Shown one piece after another: positions 29,694 through 38,995 of a stretch of DNA of 64,000 nucleotides (the stretch's first letter is position 1; the number at the start of each line of letters is the position of its first letter). The DNA comes from Thermoanaerobaculia bacterium. Lineage in GTDB: Bacteria; Acidobacteriota; Thermoanaerobaculia; Gp7-AA8. Made by a program: the position numbers and the translations under genes. The DNA lies in NCBI GenBank assembly GCA_036398925.1, contig DASWOB010000022.1:53244-117243 (forward strand), written 5' to 3'. The notes beneath the pieces were generated by a model. It did no database searches, was not told the DNA's origin, and worked only from the letters and a program-made list of their open reading frames with translations.

Positions 29694-30075
29694 CTGGCGA
29701 TGCAAGCGCGATCGCTGGTAAGGGAAGGGCGGTGCGCCGGCAATGGAAGCGTGTTCGCTGGCAATGGAAGGGCGAGCGCTGGCAACGGAAGCGCGACCGC
29801 TGGCAACGGAAGCGCGTTCGCTGGCAACGGAAGCGCGACCGCCTGCAACGGAAGGGCGAGCGCTGGCAACGGAAGCGAGCTTTCTTACGTTGCAAGCCGC
29901 CCCGCTTCACTTGCCAGAGAACCTGGGTACGGAAGTCAGCGTGCGTTGTTGAGTTGCCAGCGGTCGCGCTCCCGTTGCCAGCGGTCGGCCTTCCGTTGCC
30001 AGCGGCCGCGCTTCCGTTGCCAGCGGTTGCCCTTCCGTTGCCAGCGGTCGTTCTTCCCGTGGCAACTGCCTTTTC
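29694..30075. repeat. Large imperfect palindrome: about 9 tandem 21-bp units (GCTGGCAACGGAAG + 7 variable nt) followed by about 6 units of the reverse complement (CGTTGCCAGCGG...CTTCC)
   Basis: 29737-29880 has repeats ctggcaa(c/t)ggaag(c/g)g(c/t)g(a/t)(c/g)cg with 21-nt period. 29950-30070 has cgttgccagcggnnnnncttc units that are exact reverse complements of the left units. A roughly 70-bp central spacer separates the arms. The array lies between the divergent HIBADH-like and DUF853 genes. Confidence 0.85.
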
Positions 30076-30217
30076 TGCACGTTCAGCGAGGTGCTGACGG
30101 CTCTCAAGCTGCTTTTCGTCAACCACTTAGCGCCGACCACGGCAGGAGCGCGCTCGCATTTCGGGCGGTTCAAGGATCGGAAGTACGAGACTCGGCACGC
30201 CATAGAATGCTCGCCTG

Positions 30218-31774
30218 ATGACGAATTTCGACGAGACGTATCGCGCTGCATACGGCTTCCCCGATCCCTCGATCACCATCGGTCACGTGCTGCGCGACGG
30301 CAAAGCGTCCGGCGAGCTCCCCATCCGCATCCCGCTGCGGATGATGAACCGCCACGGCCTGATCGCCGGCTCGACCGGCACCGGCAAGACCCGCACGCTG
30401 CAACTCCTGGCGGAGGGGCTCTCGCGCGCGGGCGTGCCGGTGTTCCTCGCCGATGTGAAGGGCGACCTGGCGGGCATCGGCACGCCGGGCGTGGCGAACG
30501 ATCGGCTCAACGCGCGCGCGGCCGGCGTCGGCGCGACGTTCACGCCCGAGGCGTTTCCGGTGGAGTTTTTCAGCCTGACCGGCAGTCGCGGCACACAGCT
30601 CCGCGCGACGGTGTCTTCGTTCGGGCCGGTGCTGCTGGGGAAGGTGCTCGACCTGACCGAGGTGCAGCAGAGCGTCCTGGCGATGGTCTTCAAATACTGC
30701 GACGACCGGAAGATGCCGCTGCTCGATTTCGACGATCTGCGCGGCGTGCTGACGTACCTCTGCAACGAAGGGAAGCCGGAGCTGAAGAACTACGGCGGCA
30801 TGTCTGCCGCGACGGTCGGCGTGCTGGTGCGGAAGATGGTGGAGCTCGAACAGCAGGGCGCCGCGAAGTTCTTCGGCGAGCCGGAGCTCGACATCCACGA
30901 CCTCACCCGCACGGTCGACGGCCGCGGCGTGGTGAACATCCTCTCGCTGGCCGACGTGCAGGACAAGCCGCGCCTCTACTCGGCGTTCCTGATGTGGCTC
31001 CTCGGGCAGTTCTACTACCGGATGCCGGAGGTCGGCGATCCCGACAAGCCGAAGCTGGTCTTCTTCTTCGACGAGGCGCATCAGCTCTTCGACGACGCCT
31101 CATCGGCGCTGGTGGAGCACATCGAGCAGGTGGCGCGCCTCATCCGCTCGAAAGGCATCGGCGTCTTCTTCATCACCCAGACCCCGAAGGACGTTGATGA
31201 GGACGTGCTGGCGCAGCTCGGCAATCGCGTGCAGCACGCCATCCGTGCCTTCACGCCAAAGGACGCGAAGAACGTCAAGGCGACGGCGTCGACCTTTCCG
31301 ATCAGCGAGCACGTCGACGTGGCCAAGTCGCTGACCACCCTCGGCATTGGCGAGGCGCTGGTGACGGTGCTCGATCCGAAGGGCGTTCCGACCGCGGTGG
31401 CGACCTTTCAGGTGCTCGCCCCCTCGTCGCTGATGACCGCGATCGACGACGCCGGCTACGCGCGGGCGCTGCAGTCGTCGGCAATCCACGCCAAGTACGC
31501 GACAGCCATCAATCGCGAGAGCGCGCACGAGATCCTCCAGCGCAAGCTCGCCGAGGCGGCGGAGGTGCAGGAGCCGGCTGCAGGCGGATCGGAGCGGCCG
31601 GACTACGGGGAGCCTGTGACCTTCGGGCAAAGGACGACTGCGCGACGAAGCTCAGCGCGCCCGCGAAAAAGCACCACCGAACGGGTGCTGCAGAACGCCG
31701 TCAATCAGGCCACCCGGACCGCCACGAGGGAGCTGACCCGCGGCATCGCCGGGATTCTCAAGCGAATGTTCTAG
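30218..31774 (+). CDS. DUF853-family (YjgR/HerA-like) P-loop ATPase
   Basis: 518-aa ORF with Walker A GSTGTGKTRT and Walker B VFFFDEAH. The overall architecture matches helicase HerA-like DUF853 proteins. Confidence 0.8.
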   Translation: MTNFDETYRAAYGFPDPSITIGHVLRDGKASGELPIRIPLRMMNRHGLIAGSTGTGKTRTLQLLAEGLSRAGVPVFLADVKGDLAGIGTPGVANDRLNARAAGVGATFTPEAFPVEFFSLTGSRGTQLRATVSSFGPVLLGKVLDLTEVQQSVLAMVFKYCDDRKMPLLDFDDLRGVLTYLCNEGKPELKNYGGMSAATVGVLVRKMVELEQQGAAKFFGEPELDIHDLTRTVDGRGVVNILSLADVQDKPRLYSAFLMWLLGQFYYRMPEVGDPDKPKLVFFFDEAHQLFDDASSALVEHIEQVARLIRSKGIGVFFITQTPKDVDEDVLAQLGNRVQHAIRAFTPKDAKNVKATASTFPISEHVDVAKSLTTLGIGEALVTVLDPKGVPTAVATFQVLAPSSLMTAIDDAGYARALQSSAIHAKYATAINRESAHEILQRKLAEAAEVQEPAAGGSERPDYGEPVTFGQRTTARRSSARPRKSTTERVLQNAVNQATRTATRELTRGIAGILKRMF

Positions 31775-31798
31775 CCGTCGTGTCACGTCACACTGGAC

Positions 31799-31860
31799 GC
31801 AAAAAGACCCGGCTGGGAGAGGAGGGTGTCATCCGATCCTGACCAGCCGGGTCTTTTTGC
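31799..31860. terminator. Bidirectional intrinsic terminator-like hairpin (A5-stem-loop-stem-T5)
   Basis: gcaaaaagacccggctgg ... ccagccgggtctttttgc is a perfect 11-bp stem with flanking A and T tracts, 25 nt after the DUF853 stop. Confidence 0.6.
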
Positions 31861-32018
31861 ACCCGAGACGTTCATCGAGACCCTCCGGCCCGCGTTGCAG
31901 AGAGAGAGAGGTAGCTTCAGCAATTTCCCACGGAGGCACGCCCATTCGCCCGCTCTTCCGTGGGTTGGGTCCGAGGTGGGCGCGAAGCTGAAGGGTCTCG
32001 ATCGACGTCTCAAAGAGC

Positions 32019-32045
32019 GATTCCGGCCAAAAAAAAGAGGGGCTC
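32019..32045 (-). terminator. Intrinsic terminator of the ferredoxin gene
   Basis: Plus strand has aaaaaaaagaggggctctacgcccctc, so the minus-strand RNA is a GC hairpin followed by U8. It lies about 115 nt downstream of the fdx stop. Confidence 0.65.
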
Positions 32046-32158
32046 TACGCCCCTCTGTTGCCGTTTCCGGCTCGGAATCAATGTTGGAGTGAATCTACAT
32101 CGTGTCTGCGACTAATGTAGTGAGCTGGGTCACAAAAAACAAGCCAAATCTTGGTGGG

Positions 32159-32419
32159 TTACTTCTTGTACCAGTCGGCGTTGATCTGCGTGTAGTGAGC
32201 CCACTGCGCCGGGACCAGATCGGCCGGGAAGATCGCCTGCACCGGACACGCCGGCTCGCAGGCACCGCAGTCGATGCACACCTCGGGATCGATGTAGAGC
32301 ATCGTCTCGTCACCGAAGGTTCCCTCGTCTTTCCGGGGATGGATGCAATCGACCGGGCAGACATCGACGCAGGCGGTGTCCTTGGTGTTGACGCACGGTT
32401 CAGCGATTACGTAAGTCAT
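32159..32419 (-). CDS. fdxA: 7Fe (3Fe-4S + 4Fe-4S) ferredoxin
   Basis: 86-aa [31 protein letters not shown]...[16 protein letters not shown] matches the FdxA-type ferredoxin cysteine pattern. Confidence 0.85.
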   Translation of the reverse strand: MTYVIAEPCVNTKDTACVDVCPVDCIHPRKDEGTFGDETMLYIDPEVCIDCGACEPACPVQAIFPADLVPAQWAHYTQINADWYKK

Positions 32420-32450
32420 TCAGCGTTTTTCCTCTCTGGGCCCGGAAATT

Positions 32451-34523
32451 CTACTCGGTCCAGCGGCGAATCGTCTCGATGACGTAGTCATTTCCCATGA
32501 AGGTAACGATGTCGCCGGCGGTGTGCCCCATGAGCTTGTTCGCGACCTCGGACTGGTTCGAGTAGATGCCGCGCTCCGGGTCGGATTCCCACGGCCCGAG
32601 GATCGTCACCTCGCGGCGCGCGTCGCCGTTCGACAGCTCTACTTTCGTGCCGACGCGAACGATGGTCGCGTCGATCTGCGACGGCTCGAGCACCCGGACG
32701 CGGGAGATCTCGCTGGCCAGCTCGCCGACGCGCGCGGAGAGATACTCGGCACGCGCGCGGGCGGCCTTGTACTCGAAGTTCTCGCGGAGGTCGCCCATCT
32801 CGCGCGCGGCCTGCAGCGCTTTCGAGTTGGCCGGGATCTCGACGTTCTTGAGGTTGTGCAGCTCGGCGCGCTTTTTCGCCAGCGAGTCGGCCGTGGCATA
32901 GACCGGCTCCTGCTGCGGCTCACGGAGGGTCGGGAACTTCATCAGTGCCGCCGCCTTCACGATCTCGCGGCGGTACTCCTCGAGCGCGCCGTAGCGGTCG
33001 AGCGTCTCGACCACCCGGCGGGCCTGCTCTTCGTTGTCCTGATTCATGATGATCCGGACCGCGAGACCGCCCTTGTCGAAGAAGTCTTTGAGGCGCGCCC
33101 GGACGCCGGCGAATTCGTCGTGCGTCAGCGCGTCGAGGATCTGGAAGAGGATGGAGTACGTGGCCTTGGGGCTCAGCGGCTCTTCATCGGCCAGCCGCTT
33201 GACGTACCAGTAGAACGCGCGCGGATGGCGCCGCGGATAGCGGACCGTCTCGTCCATGAGCCGGTCGCGGATCTCGGTCTGCCCGGCGCTCTCGAGCTCC
33301 GCGATGATGGAGGTGAGGATCTTCGGGTCTTCGTCGAGGAAGAAGACCTCGCCATAGATTTTCGGCCAGTCGGGATGCTGCTGGCGGACGAGCGTCAGCG
33401 CCTTTTCGCGCAGGACTTTGTCGGTGATGCCGGCGATGGCGCGGGAGGCCATCGGTCCGGTCAGCAGCGACGCGGAATCGAGCGGCGACTCGTACTTGCC
33501 GGGGAGCGATTCGAGCGTGGTGAGGATCTGCCACGCCTGGCCGGGATCGGTGCGGGTGAGCCTGGCCGCCTCCGCCGCGAGCGCGCTGGAGAAGTAATCG
33601 GCGATCTCCTGGCTGCGCGAGCTGTGCTTGCGCGCCAGCTCGAGCTTCGCTTTCGCGTCGGCGCGCTCGAAGTCGCGGCGGATCGCTTTCTGCGCGTCGC
33701 CGCTGGAGCCGGCGAAGGCGTAGGTCGCCTTCGCACCGGTGCCGCTCGTGACGACCTGCGGGTTCTTGCGCGCGGCGGTCCACCAGGAGGTCCACTTTTC
33801 TTCCGGCACGATGCCGATGACGGCGTCGCGCACCTCGGCCATGGTCATCGGGCGGCCGAAGCTCTGGAGCAGCTTTCCCAGGAAGTCGGGCGGCGACGAC
33901 TTGGCGGCGGCACGCAGGCCTTCCGGATCGCGGAACTTGTCGCGGAGGATGTGGCCCTGCGGCAGCGGGACGAGGTACTTCGCGGCGGCGCCGAGTGGCA
34001 CCGAGACGCGCTTGTCTTTCTCGAAATCGAGGCGGCAGATACCGAGGTCGGGATTCAGCTCGGTGACGACGCCGGCGCCGCGGCCGGTCATGAAGAAGCA
34101 TTCCCCCTCGTCGTAGTTGAGCCACATCTCGATCTTCTCCGCCTTGTCGATCGGGTTGCTGGCGGGATCGGAGAAGTTGGAGAACTGGAAGACGCGGTTG
34201 AAGCTCTTGTGCGTGCCGTGCGCTTTGCGCAGCGCCTCTTCGATCTGCGGCCGGAGCTGCACCGGATGCTTCGAGAGGCGGCCGAGCTCTTTGAGCACGG
34301 CCAGCCGCTGAGGCCAGAGCTGGCGCTCTTTGAGGCTGTCGCCGAGGAGTCCCAGCAGCGTGTCGGACTGCGTCCGCTGCTCGGCCTTGCGCAAGGCTTT
34401 GGCGATGTGGATGAACGAGTCGACGTCACTCGGGTCGCTATCGATCTGGTTCATCCAGAGCGACTCGAGCTCGTCGAATTTCTTCTTTTGTATGAGAGCG
34501 CTCGCGTCTTCGCGGAAAGGCAA
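32451..34523 (-). CDS. Large protein with a C-terminal GreA/GreB-family domain and a roughly 500-aa N-terminal region of unknown function
   Basis: 690-aa ORF. The last roughly 160 aa (KALQAAREMGDLRENFEYKAARARAEYLSARVGELASEI...VRVGTKVEL...VTILGPWESDPERGIYSNQSEVANKLMGHTAGDIV) resemble the GreA/GreB N-terminal coiled coil plus C-terminal FKBP-like domain. The N-terminal region is helical with no known motif. Confidence 0.55.
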   Translation of the reverse strand: MPFREDASALIQKKKFDELESLWMNQIDSDPSDVDSFIHIAKALRKAEQRTQSDTLLGLLGDSLKERQLWPQRLAVLKELGRLSKHPVQLRPQIEEALRKAHGTHKSFNRVFQFSNFSDPASNPIDKAEKIEMWLNYDEGECFFMTGRGAGVVTELNPDLGICRLDFEKDKRVSVPLGAAAKYLVPLPQGHILRDKFRDPEGLRAAAKSSPPDFLGKLLQSFGRPMTMAEVRDAVIGIVPEEKWTSWWTAARKNPQVVTSGTGAKATYAFAGSSGDAQKAIRRDFERADAKAKLELARKHSSRSQEIADYFSSALAAEAARLTRTDPGQAWQILTTLESLPGKYESPLDSASLLTGPMASRAIAGITDKVLREKALTLVRQQHPDWPKIYGEVFFLDEDPKILTSIIAELESAGQTEIRDRLMDETVRYPRRHPRAFYWYVKRLADEEPLSPKATYSILFQILDALTHDEFAGVRARLKDFFDKGGLAVRIIMNQDNEEQARRVVETLDRYGALEEYRREIVKAAALMKFPTLREPQQEPVYATADSLAKKRAELHNLKNVEIPANSKALQAAREMGDLRENFEYKAARARAEYLSARVGELASEISRVRVLEPSQIDATIVRVGTKVELSNGDARREVTILGPWESDPERGIYSNQSEVANKLMGHTAGDIVTFMGNDYVIETIRRWTE

Positions 34524-34576
34524 CGGCTCGACCCCCGGCGGAAATGAAGCGCCATTGTATGCGCAAGCGCGACGAG

Positions 34577-35392
34577 TCAGCGCAAGCGCTCGATCCGGAC
34601 GAAAAGCGTGTACTCGCCGCCCAACGCGACATCGTCTTTGTACGTGAGCGCGAGCGGCCCTTCTTTCGCGCTTTCGAACGTCAGCACGATGGCCCGCGGC
34701 TGCCAGATGTACTCGTCGCCGACGCCGATCATGCCGATGGGACGATCGTGCGGATCGTCGCCGCGCGGATGACGCATGTGCCGCGCGACCGCGGCTTCGA
34801 CCGCATCGGGCGACGGAGCATTCGCTGCCGCCAGCTCGGCGAAGAGCCAGGTGCTGCTCGGCGGGAGCTTGTGATCGGACTCGAAGATGGCCGGGACGAT
34901 CAACACCGCGGCGCCGCGCTCGCGGAGCATTCCTTCCCAGAGGATGACCGGGAGCCGATCGAGCTCGCCCGGCCTGGTGTTGGTCTGCAGCGGGCGCTCG
35001 CTGGGAGGCCGCAGCGGCTCCCCCTCCCCTTCCACCTCGTCGCCGGTGGTCAGGCCGCCGTTCGCGCCGAGGAGGGGCACGTGGGTGACGGAGCCGGCGC
35101 GGACGTGATCGGCGTTGCGGTTCACGTCGCCGAAGATGCGGGTGGCGGGATAGAAGCGCGGCCCGTTCGGATCGACCACGATCGCGTCGAGGTAGACCTC
35201 ATCGCGGGCGCCGTGGCGCTCGAGCACGTCGTCGAAGGTCTCGTGGACGACCGCGAAGCCGGTCACAGTCACGCGGTAGCGCGCTTCGGCCGGCGGCCTA
35301 GTTCCGTGGGAGGCACAGGCGGAGAGGATCGCGAACAAAAGGAAAAAGCGGACCCGCGGGCCCGCTTTTCTTCGTGCTTCTGCTGCCTGCAC
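34577..35392 (-). CDS. Lipoprotein of unknown function
   Basis: Likely start is the GTG at 35390-35392, immediately after the stop of the upstream small ORF. This gives MQAAEARRKAGPRVRFFLLFAILSAC (lipobox LSAC). The ORF-track start at 35593 overlaps the small ORF in another frame. Confidence 0.5.
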   Translation of the reverse strand: MQAAEARRKAGPRVRFFLLFAILSACASHGTRPPAEARYRVTVTGFAVVHETFDDVLERHGARDEVYLDAIVVDPNGPRFYPATRIFGDVNRNADHVRAGSVTHVPLLGANGGLTTGDEVEGEGEPLRPPSERPLQTNTRPGELDRLPVILWEGMLRERGAAVLIVPAIFESDHKLPPSSTWLFAELAAANAPSPDAVEAAVARHMRHPRGDDPHDRPIGMIGVGDEYIWQPRAIVLTFESAKEGPLALTYKDDVALGGEYTLFVRIERLR

Positions 35393-35394
35393 GA

Positions 35395-35553
35395 CTACCG
35401 GCGCATCTTGACGAGCGCTTTGAAGACGTCGAACGGAAGTTCCTCGGAATGCACGATGTGCCGGAGGTGGTGGAGGGTCGTCTTGCGCTCCTTCACGTCG
35501 TCCAGGCTGATGTTGTGCTTCCGCAGCAGCTCGTGAGCTTTGTTCTCGGGCAT
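35395..35553 (-). CDS. Small protein (52 aa) with a possible HeH/SAP-like helix-extension-helix motif
   Basis: Hand translation gives MPENKAHELLRKHNISLDDVKERKTTLHHLRHIVHSEELPFDVFKALVKMRR. It is below the ORF-track cutoff. The ELLRKHNISLDDV segment resembles Rho_N/SAP-type motifs. Confidence 0.3.
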   Translation of the reverse strand: MPENKAHELLRKHNISLDDVKERKTTLHHLRHIVHSEELPFDVFKALVKMRR

Positions 35554-35610
35554 AACTTTCCCTCACAGGGTTAATGGGTTGAGCCACTGTCAACGAGCCT
35601 GTGCCGGGTG

Positions 35611-37056
35611 CTATTCCGCGCGAAGGCGCTCCAGGATCTTCTCGTGCACCCCTCCGAACGCGCCGGAGGACATCACCAGGATCACGTCACCCTCTTTCCC
35701 CTCTTTGGCCACCGTCTCGGCGATGCGATCGAAGTCGTCGATCTGCTGCGCGTCTTTCAGCGTGCCGATGATGTTCTCGACCGACATCATCTTGTCGAGC
35801 CCGTAGCGGGTCTCGTAGCGTTCCCGGTGGTAGACCGGACCGATGATGACCCGGTCGGCATCGCGGAAGGCGTCGATGTAGCCGCTCTCGAACTCCTTCC
35901 GCGACGAGGAGATCGAGCGCGGCTCGAAGAGGGCCCAGATGCGCTGGCCGGGGAAGCGCTTCCTGGCCCCTTCCAGCGTCGTGGCGATGGCGGTGGGGTG
36001 ATGCGCAAAGTCGTCGATGACGGTCACGCCGCGCTCGACGCCGCGCACTTCCATCCGCCGCTTGATGCCCTGGAACGTCTCGAAGCCCTTCTGGATCGCT
36101 TCATCGGGCACGCCGCGCAGGCGGGCGATGGCGGCGTCGGCGAGGGCGTTCAGCACGTTGTGCGGCCCCGAGAGGTTGGTTTTGAAGCGGAACCACTCCT
36201 TCCCTTCCCACCAGGCGGTGAAGGAGGTCGAGTCGGGTGCGTACTCCGGATCGGTCGCGTACGTGTCGCAGCCGCGGTCGAGCCCGAAAGTCAGCCAGCG
36301 GCCACGAGCGGCGGTGCGCAGGGTCCTGACGTTCTCGTCGTCGCCGTTGGCCACGATGACGTCGCCCGGCGCGACGCGCTCCACCGCCTGACGGAAGGCG
36401 GAGATGATGGCACCAAGGTCGGAGTAGATGTCGGCATGGTCGAACTCGATGTTGTTCACGAGGAGAGTGTTGGCCCGGTAGTGGAGAAACTTCGGGCCTT
36501 TGTCGAAGAAGGCGGTGTTGTACTCGTCCCCCTCGATCACAAAGTCGGGTCCGTCACCCAGCTTGAAGTTGTGGTTGAAGTTGAGGGGAATCCCGCCGAC
36601 GACCATCGACGGATCGCGGCCGGCCGATTCGAGGAGCCAGGCCATCAGCGAGGTCGTGGTGGTCTTGCCGTGGGTACCCGACACGACGATGGAGTGCTTC
36701 CCCTTGATGAAGAGGTGGTAGATCACCTCCGGCATGGAGGCATACGGCAGGTCGAGCTCCACGGTCGCGGCCGCCTCGACGTTGGTGTTCGCCGCGGCAT
36801 TTCCGATGACCACGAGATCGGGGCGGAACGTTTCGAGGTGCTGCTTCGTATACCCCTCGAGCACGCCGATCCCCAGCCGTTCGAGGTACGTGGACATCGG
36901 TGGATAGACGTGCTCGTCGGATCCGGCGACCTCGTAGCCACGCTGTTGCAGCATCCCGGCAAGCGAGGCCATCGCGGTACCGCAGATACCAATGAGATAA
37001 ACGCGACGAACGTCAGGGATTTCGGTGAGATGCGTCATCGACGGGGCGCCTCGCAA
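35611..37056 (-). CDS. mpl: UDP-N-acetylmuramate:L-alanyl-gamma-D-glutamyl-meso-diaminopimelate ligase (murein peptide ligase)
   Basis: 481-aa ORF. LIGICGTAMASLAGML...GSDEHVYPPMSTYLE matches Mpl-specific DANVYPPMST (E. coli). GTHGKTTTTSLMAW and NIEFDHADI motifs confirm the Mur ligase family. Confidence 0.85.
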   Translation of the reverse strand: MRGAPSMTHLTEIPDVRRVYLIGICGTAMASLAGMLQQRGYEVAGSDEHVYPPMSTYLERLGIGVLEGYTKQHLETFRPDLVVIGNAAANTNVEAAATVELDLPYASMPEVIYHLFIKGKHSIVVSGTHGKTTTTSLMAWLLESAGRDPSMVVGGIPLNFNHNFKLGDGPDFVIEGDEYNTAFFDKGPKFLHYRANTLLVNNIEFDHADIYSDLGAIISAFRQAVERVAPGDVIVANGDDENVRTLRTAARGRWLTFGLDRGCDTYATDPEYAPDSTSFTAWWEGKEWFRFKTNLSGPHNVLNALADAAIARLRGVPDEAIQKGFETFQGIKRRMEVRGVERGVTVIDDFAHHPTAIATTLEGARKRFPGQRIWALFEPRSISSSRKEFESGYIDAFRDADRVIIGPVYHRERYETRYGLDKMMSVENIIGTLKDAQQIDDFDRIAETVAKEGKEGDVILVMSSGAFGGVHEKILERLRAE

Positions 37057-37182
37057 TTTCCATGCTGCATGAGCTCGAATTGTAGAATTAACTGCGTCTC
37101 TTAAGGGGGAATGGCTCCCGGAGAGGCGCTGTTCGCAACCCTAGTCACAACAACGGTACAGATCACCAGGAGGATTTTTCGA

Positions 37183-38250
37183 ATGTCGAAGCGAATCTAC
37201 GCCATGACGATGGCTTTTGCCCTCGCCGTGACGGCCCCGATGGCCATCGCGCAGGAAGCAAAGAAAGCCGAAGCGGCGGCCAAGGCCCCGCGCCTGACGC
37301 TCGTTGAGCCGGTCAAGGATTTCGGGACCGTCCCCAAGGGGCAGAAGCTCGACTGGAGCTTCTCCGTGAAGAACACCGGTGACTCGGATCTCGAGATCAT
37401 CGCGGCGCGCCCCACCTGCGGCTGCACCGTTGCCGACTTCGACAAGGTGATCAAGCCCGGCCAGACCGGCAAGGTCACGGCCTCGGTCGACACCGCCAAC
37501 TTCTCCGGCCCGATCGCCAAGGCGGTCACGCTGGAGACCAACGACCCGGCCGCCCCCTCCGCGCAGATCACCATCCACGCGGTCGTGAAACCGTACGTCG
37601 AGGCCTACCCGGCCGGCTTCGTCCGCTTCAACCTCCTGCAGGGCGACGTCGACAAGCAGGTCGTGACGCTCTACAGCGAAGAGACCGATCCGTTCGAGAT
37701 CGTCTCGATCGAGGCGCCGGCGGAGTGGATCCGCGTCGAGAAGAAGAAGCTCGAAGGCAGCGAGATCGTCCCGAACATCGGCCGCGCCGGCCAGAACCAG
37801 CACAAGCTGGAGATCACCGTCGGTGGCCCCGATGCGAAGATCGGCCCGCTGGCCGAGAAGATCCGCATCGTCACCAACTCGAAGAATCAGCCGGAGTACC
37901 TGGTCAGCGTGACCGGCGTCGTCCGCCCGACCTTCCGCGTCGAGCCGACCGGCATCAACTTCGGTGAAGTCACCGCCGCCGACAGCGCCGCGACGCGCGT
38001 CGTCACCCTCCGCTCGAACAACCTCAAGTCCCCCGAGACCTTCACCGTCGTCAAGACGGAGTCGGACCTGCCGGGCGTGACGGCCGAGTTCAAGCCGACC
38101 GCCAACAAGGGCGAGTACGAAGTCACCCTGCAGGTCGCCAAGAGCGCCAAGCCGGGTGCCCTCGACGGCACCGTCAAGATCCACACGAGCGACAAGGTCA
38201 ACCCCGTCGTCACCGTCCCGGTGAGGGGCGTCGTCAAGTCGGCTTCGTAA
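37183..38250 (+). CDS. Secreted DUF1573-domain protein (tandem DUF1573/Ig-like repeats)
   Basis: Likely start is the ATG at 37183 (MSKRIYAMTMAFALAVTAPMAIAQE), with SD aggagg 9 nt upstream. The first repeat has the DUF1573 signature ...KNTGDSDLEIIAARPTCGCTVADFD. Further beta-rich repeats follow. Confidence 0.75.
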   Translation: MSKRIYAMTMAFALAVTAPMAIAQEAKKAEAAAKAPRLTLVEPVKDFGTVPKGQKLDWSFSVKNTGDSDLEIIAARPTCGCTVADFDKVIKPGQTGKVTASVDTANFSGPIAKAVTLETNDPAAPSAQITIHAVVKPYVEAYPAGFVRFNLLQGDVDKQVVTLYSEETDPFEIVSIEAPAEWIRVEKKKLEGSEIVPNIGRAGQNQHKLEITVGGPDAKIGPLAEKIRIVTNSKNQPEYLVSVTGVVRPTFRVEPTGINFGEVTAADSAATRVVTLRSNNLKSPETFTVVKTESDLPGVTAEFKPTANKGEYEVTLQVAKSAKPGALDGTVKIHTSDKVNPVVTVPVRGVVKSAS

Positions 38251-38274
38251 GCCTCGATCCTCGATTCAATCCCA

Positions 38275-38310
38275 GGCCGGCGGGTTTCGACTCGCCGGCC
38301 TTTTTGTTTC
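38275..38310 (+). terminator. Intrinsic terminator after the DUF1573 gene
   Basis: ggccggcgggtttcgactcgccggcc followed by tttttgtttc, 25 nt after the stop. It is convergent with the O-methyltransferase gene. Confidence 0.7.
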
Positions 38311-38311
38311 T

Positions 38312-38953
38312 TCAGATCACGACCGAAATGCCGGTGCCGTCGCCGTGCGCGAGGATGGTGGTGATGAGATCCGGGTGCGTGGCGAGCTTCTCGTTGAACG
38401 CCCGCAGCGCATCGGTCGACGCGTCGTGCACCCCCTCCGCCACCTTCCCGCTCCAGAGCAGGTTGTCGCAGACGATCACCGCCCCCCGCTCCATCTTCGG
38501 CAGGAGAGCATCGAGGTAATCGCCGTACTCGGTCTTCACGCAGTCGATGAAGACAAAGTCGAACGGGCCGGTGAGCCGCGGGATCACCTCCAGTGCCGCC
38601 CCCTCGTGGAAGACCACCCGGCAGGCCAGATGTGCATCGGCGACGAACCCGCGCGCCGTGGCGAGGATCTGGTGATCGATCTCGATCGTCTCCACCACCG
38701 CCTCCTCATCGCACTCCCGCCCCAGGACGATGACGGAGTAGCCGATGTTCGTCCCCACCTCCAGCAGGCGGCGCGGCCGCTTCATGCGCACGAGCGCGCG
38801 CATCAGCTGCGCCACTTCCGGATCGGCGATCGGCTGCCCGTTCTCGGCGGCAAAGCGCTCGATCTGCTCCAGGAGCGCGTCGCGTGGCGGGACGAGCGAT
38901 TCGAGATACTCGGCCTGCGCCGGGCGGAGGAGAGCGTCGGAGCGCGATTTCAT
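38312..38953 (-). CDS. Class I SAM-dependent O-methyltransferase (family 3, caffeoyl-CoA OMT-like)
   Basis: 213-aa ORF with LLEVGTNIGYSVIVL (SAM motif I), FDFVFIDCVK and the metal-dependent OMT layout. Confidence 0.8.
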   Translation of the reverse strand: MKSRSDALLRPAQAEYLESLVPPRDALLEQIERFAAENGQPIADPEVAQLMRALVRMKRPRRLLEVGTNIGYSVIVLGRECDEEAVVETIEIDHQILATARGFVADAHLACRVVFHEGAALEVIPRLTGPFDFVFIDCVKTEYGDYLDALLPKMERGAVIVCDNLLWSGKVAEGVHDASTDALRAFNEKLATHPDLITTILAHGDGTGISVVI

Positions 38954-38995
38954 GGGGGGAGCTTAGCGCAGGCGGTGGGTTTGCCCGTGTGGTCC

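Noticed and set aside
29694-30075. CRISPR array hypothesis for the 21-bp arrays (also 50606-50815)
   Set aside because: The units are 21 bp with only about 7 variable positions. There are no unique spacers of 25+ bp, no leader or cas genes nearby, and one array is an inverted duplicate of itself.
29687-30097. Plus-strand ORF and the N-terminal 93 codons of ORF 28706..29869 (LPLPA / RWQRKR heptad peptides)
   Set aside because: These are pure translations of the 21-bp repeat array in different frames. The heptad periodicity is just 21/3. The HIBADH-like gene has its canonical MKIGFIGLG start downstream.
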